DNA of 7,246 nucleotides from a virus (Duplodnaviria; Heunggongvirae; Uroviricota; Caudoviricetes): IMG/VR virus record IMGVR_UViG_2548876964_000020; one strand, 5' to 3'. Shown piece by piece: positions 5,662 to 7,246 of this stretch (position 1 is its first letter; each line of letters starts with the position of its first letter). The notes under the pieces were generated by a model. It saw only the letters and a program-made list of their open reading frames with translations, ran no database searches and was not told where the DNA came from. The position numbers and the translations under genes were made by a program.

Positions 5662-5696
5662 GATCCCCGACTCATGTGTGTGTCGGGATCTTTTTT
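5662..5696 (+). terminator. Rho-independent terminator of the TA operon (possibly bidirectional)
   Basis: Stem GATCCCCGAC (5662-5671) / GTCGGGATC (5682-5690) with one bulge, 10-nt loop, then TTTTTT (5691-5696). The minus side is followed by a T-rich TTTGATTTAT. Confidence 0.65.
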
Positions 5697-5783
5697 CAGC
5701 AAATTATCCCCAGCGGCAAATCGAATACACAACCAGCGCCACCGCCATTGCAATACCAACATTTGAGAAGGCTTCAGGCCAGC

Positions 5784-6137
5784 TCATTGGCGCACCTCCT
5801 TCGGCGGTTCTGGTAGCGGCATCCAGTGTGTGGCTTCACACACGATGGGCGCACCGAAACACTGCGCATACTGGAAGTCACCCGTATTATCCAGGTTAAA
5901 ACCTGTAAACTGTTCACCCGTGCTGGACACAAACAGTTGTACATCAACACCAACTGGCGGCATTCGCTCACTACAGCTTATCCAACCATCCGGAGTTACC
6001 GGAGAATTGCCAGCCTTGCGCATGGCAATCTCCATGATTTCAACCATATCTCCTGGTGGAATTTTACAATGCTGACCAATATGCCTCTGCTGCCTGGCAT
6101 ATTCGAGGATGTGCTCCAGCTTGATACGATTAATCAT
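5784..6137 (-). CDS. DUF551-family phage protein
   Basis: 117-aa ORF with ...DGWISCSERMPP... and the C-terminal THWMPLPEPPK motif typical of DUF551. AGGGAG SD. Start overlaps the upstream stop (ATGA at 6134-6137). Confidence 0.75.
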   Translation of the reverse strand: MINRIKLEHILEYARQQRHIGQHCKIPPGDMVEIMEIAMRKAGNSPVTPDGWISCSERMPPVGVDVQLFVSSTGEQFTGFNLDNTGDFQYAQCFGAPIVCEATHWMPLPEPPKEVRQ

Positions 6138-6505
6138 GATTTATCTCCCTGAAGCATGGCTTCGCGGCAGTCGTTCCAGCCTTCAGCATAATCACTATAC
6201 GCAAGAGGCCAACCGTTTCTGTATTCACGCGGCAACTTATCAGGCACTACCAGCGCTGGCGGCGCGGAGAATAGTGGTTTAGGTGATATTTCCGCACGTT
6301 TTGCGTATGCTTCAACTGTGTCAGGGTTAAACAGGATTATGTTTTCACCGCATTCCCACGCTATCGGTTCTGCTTCCAGCGATGCCAGTGCAATTTTGAA
6401 TAGCTCACCCTCTACCCTGGCCATCTCTGAATTAGGGTAACAGTTCGCAACCGCTATTTTTAATTTGGCTTCCTTGATTAATTGCTCTTTGGTTAATTCA
6501 GTCAT
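6134..6505 (-). CDS. Hypothetical phage early-region protein
   Basis: 123-aa ORF, ATG at 6505, translationally coupled to the DUF551 gene. No family confidently recognised. Confidence 0.55.
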   Translation of the reverse strand: MTELTKEQLIKEAKLKIAVANCYPNSEMARVEGELFKIALASLEAEPIAWECGENIILFNPDTVEAYAKRAEISPKPLFSAPPALVVPDKLPREYRNGWPLAYSDYAEGWNDCREAMLQGDKS

Positions 6506-6645
6506 TTTTCATTACCACCCTTTCAGGCGGTCTCCTTATGTTCTGAGGGTGCAGGAATCCCTCCGGTTAAGGATTAAATTTTTAACAGTGCTGAATTTAA
6601 TTATTCAGTTCTGGATTTTGACGCCCTGCGTATCCGCGCTTTCGC

Positions 6646-7246
<601 letters not shown>

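Overview
This window reads as the Q-to-lysis junction of a lambdoid prophage, E. coli-like and mosaic, with phage genes on the minus strand. From high to low coordinates: a partial IS3-family element (IS629/IS3411-like end) with a disrupted transposase; two small phage genes (one DUF551); a self-contained plus-strand ParD/ParE-type toxin-antitoxin cassette; a hypothetical gene; a DUF968-like Cys/His-rich protein; rusA; a Q antiterminator; a terminator-insulated small winged-helix gene; an orphan beta-class DNA methyltransferase; a tRNA-Ile(CAU)-like element with a broken acceptor stem; about 480 bp of ORF-free, hairpin-dense DNA; and the start of a DUF1737 gene. The most interesting candidates are a putative plus-strand small RNA with a CA-rich tract, the methyltransferase plus small regulator module, and the chimeric tRNA-like element. 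All calls come from reading the sequence and from remembered family signatures; no database search was run.
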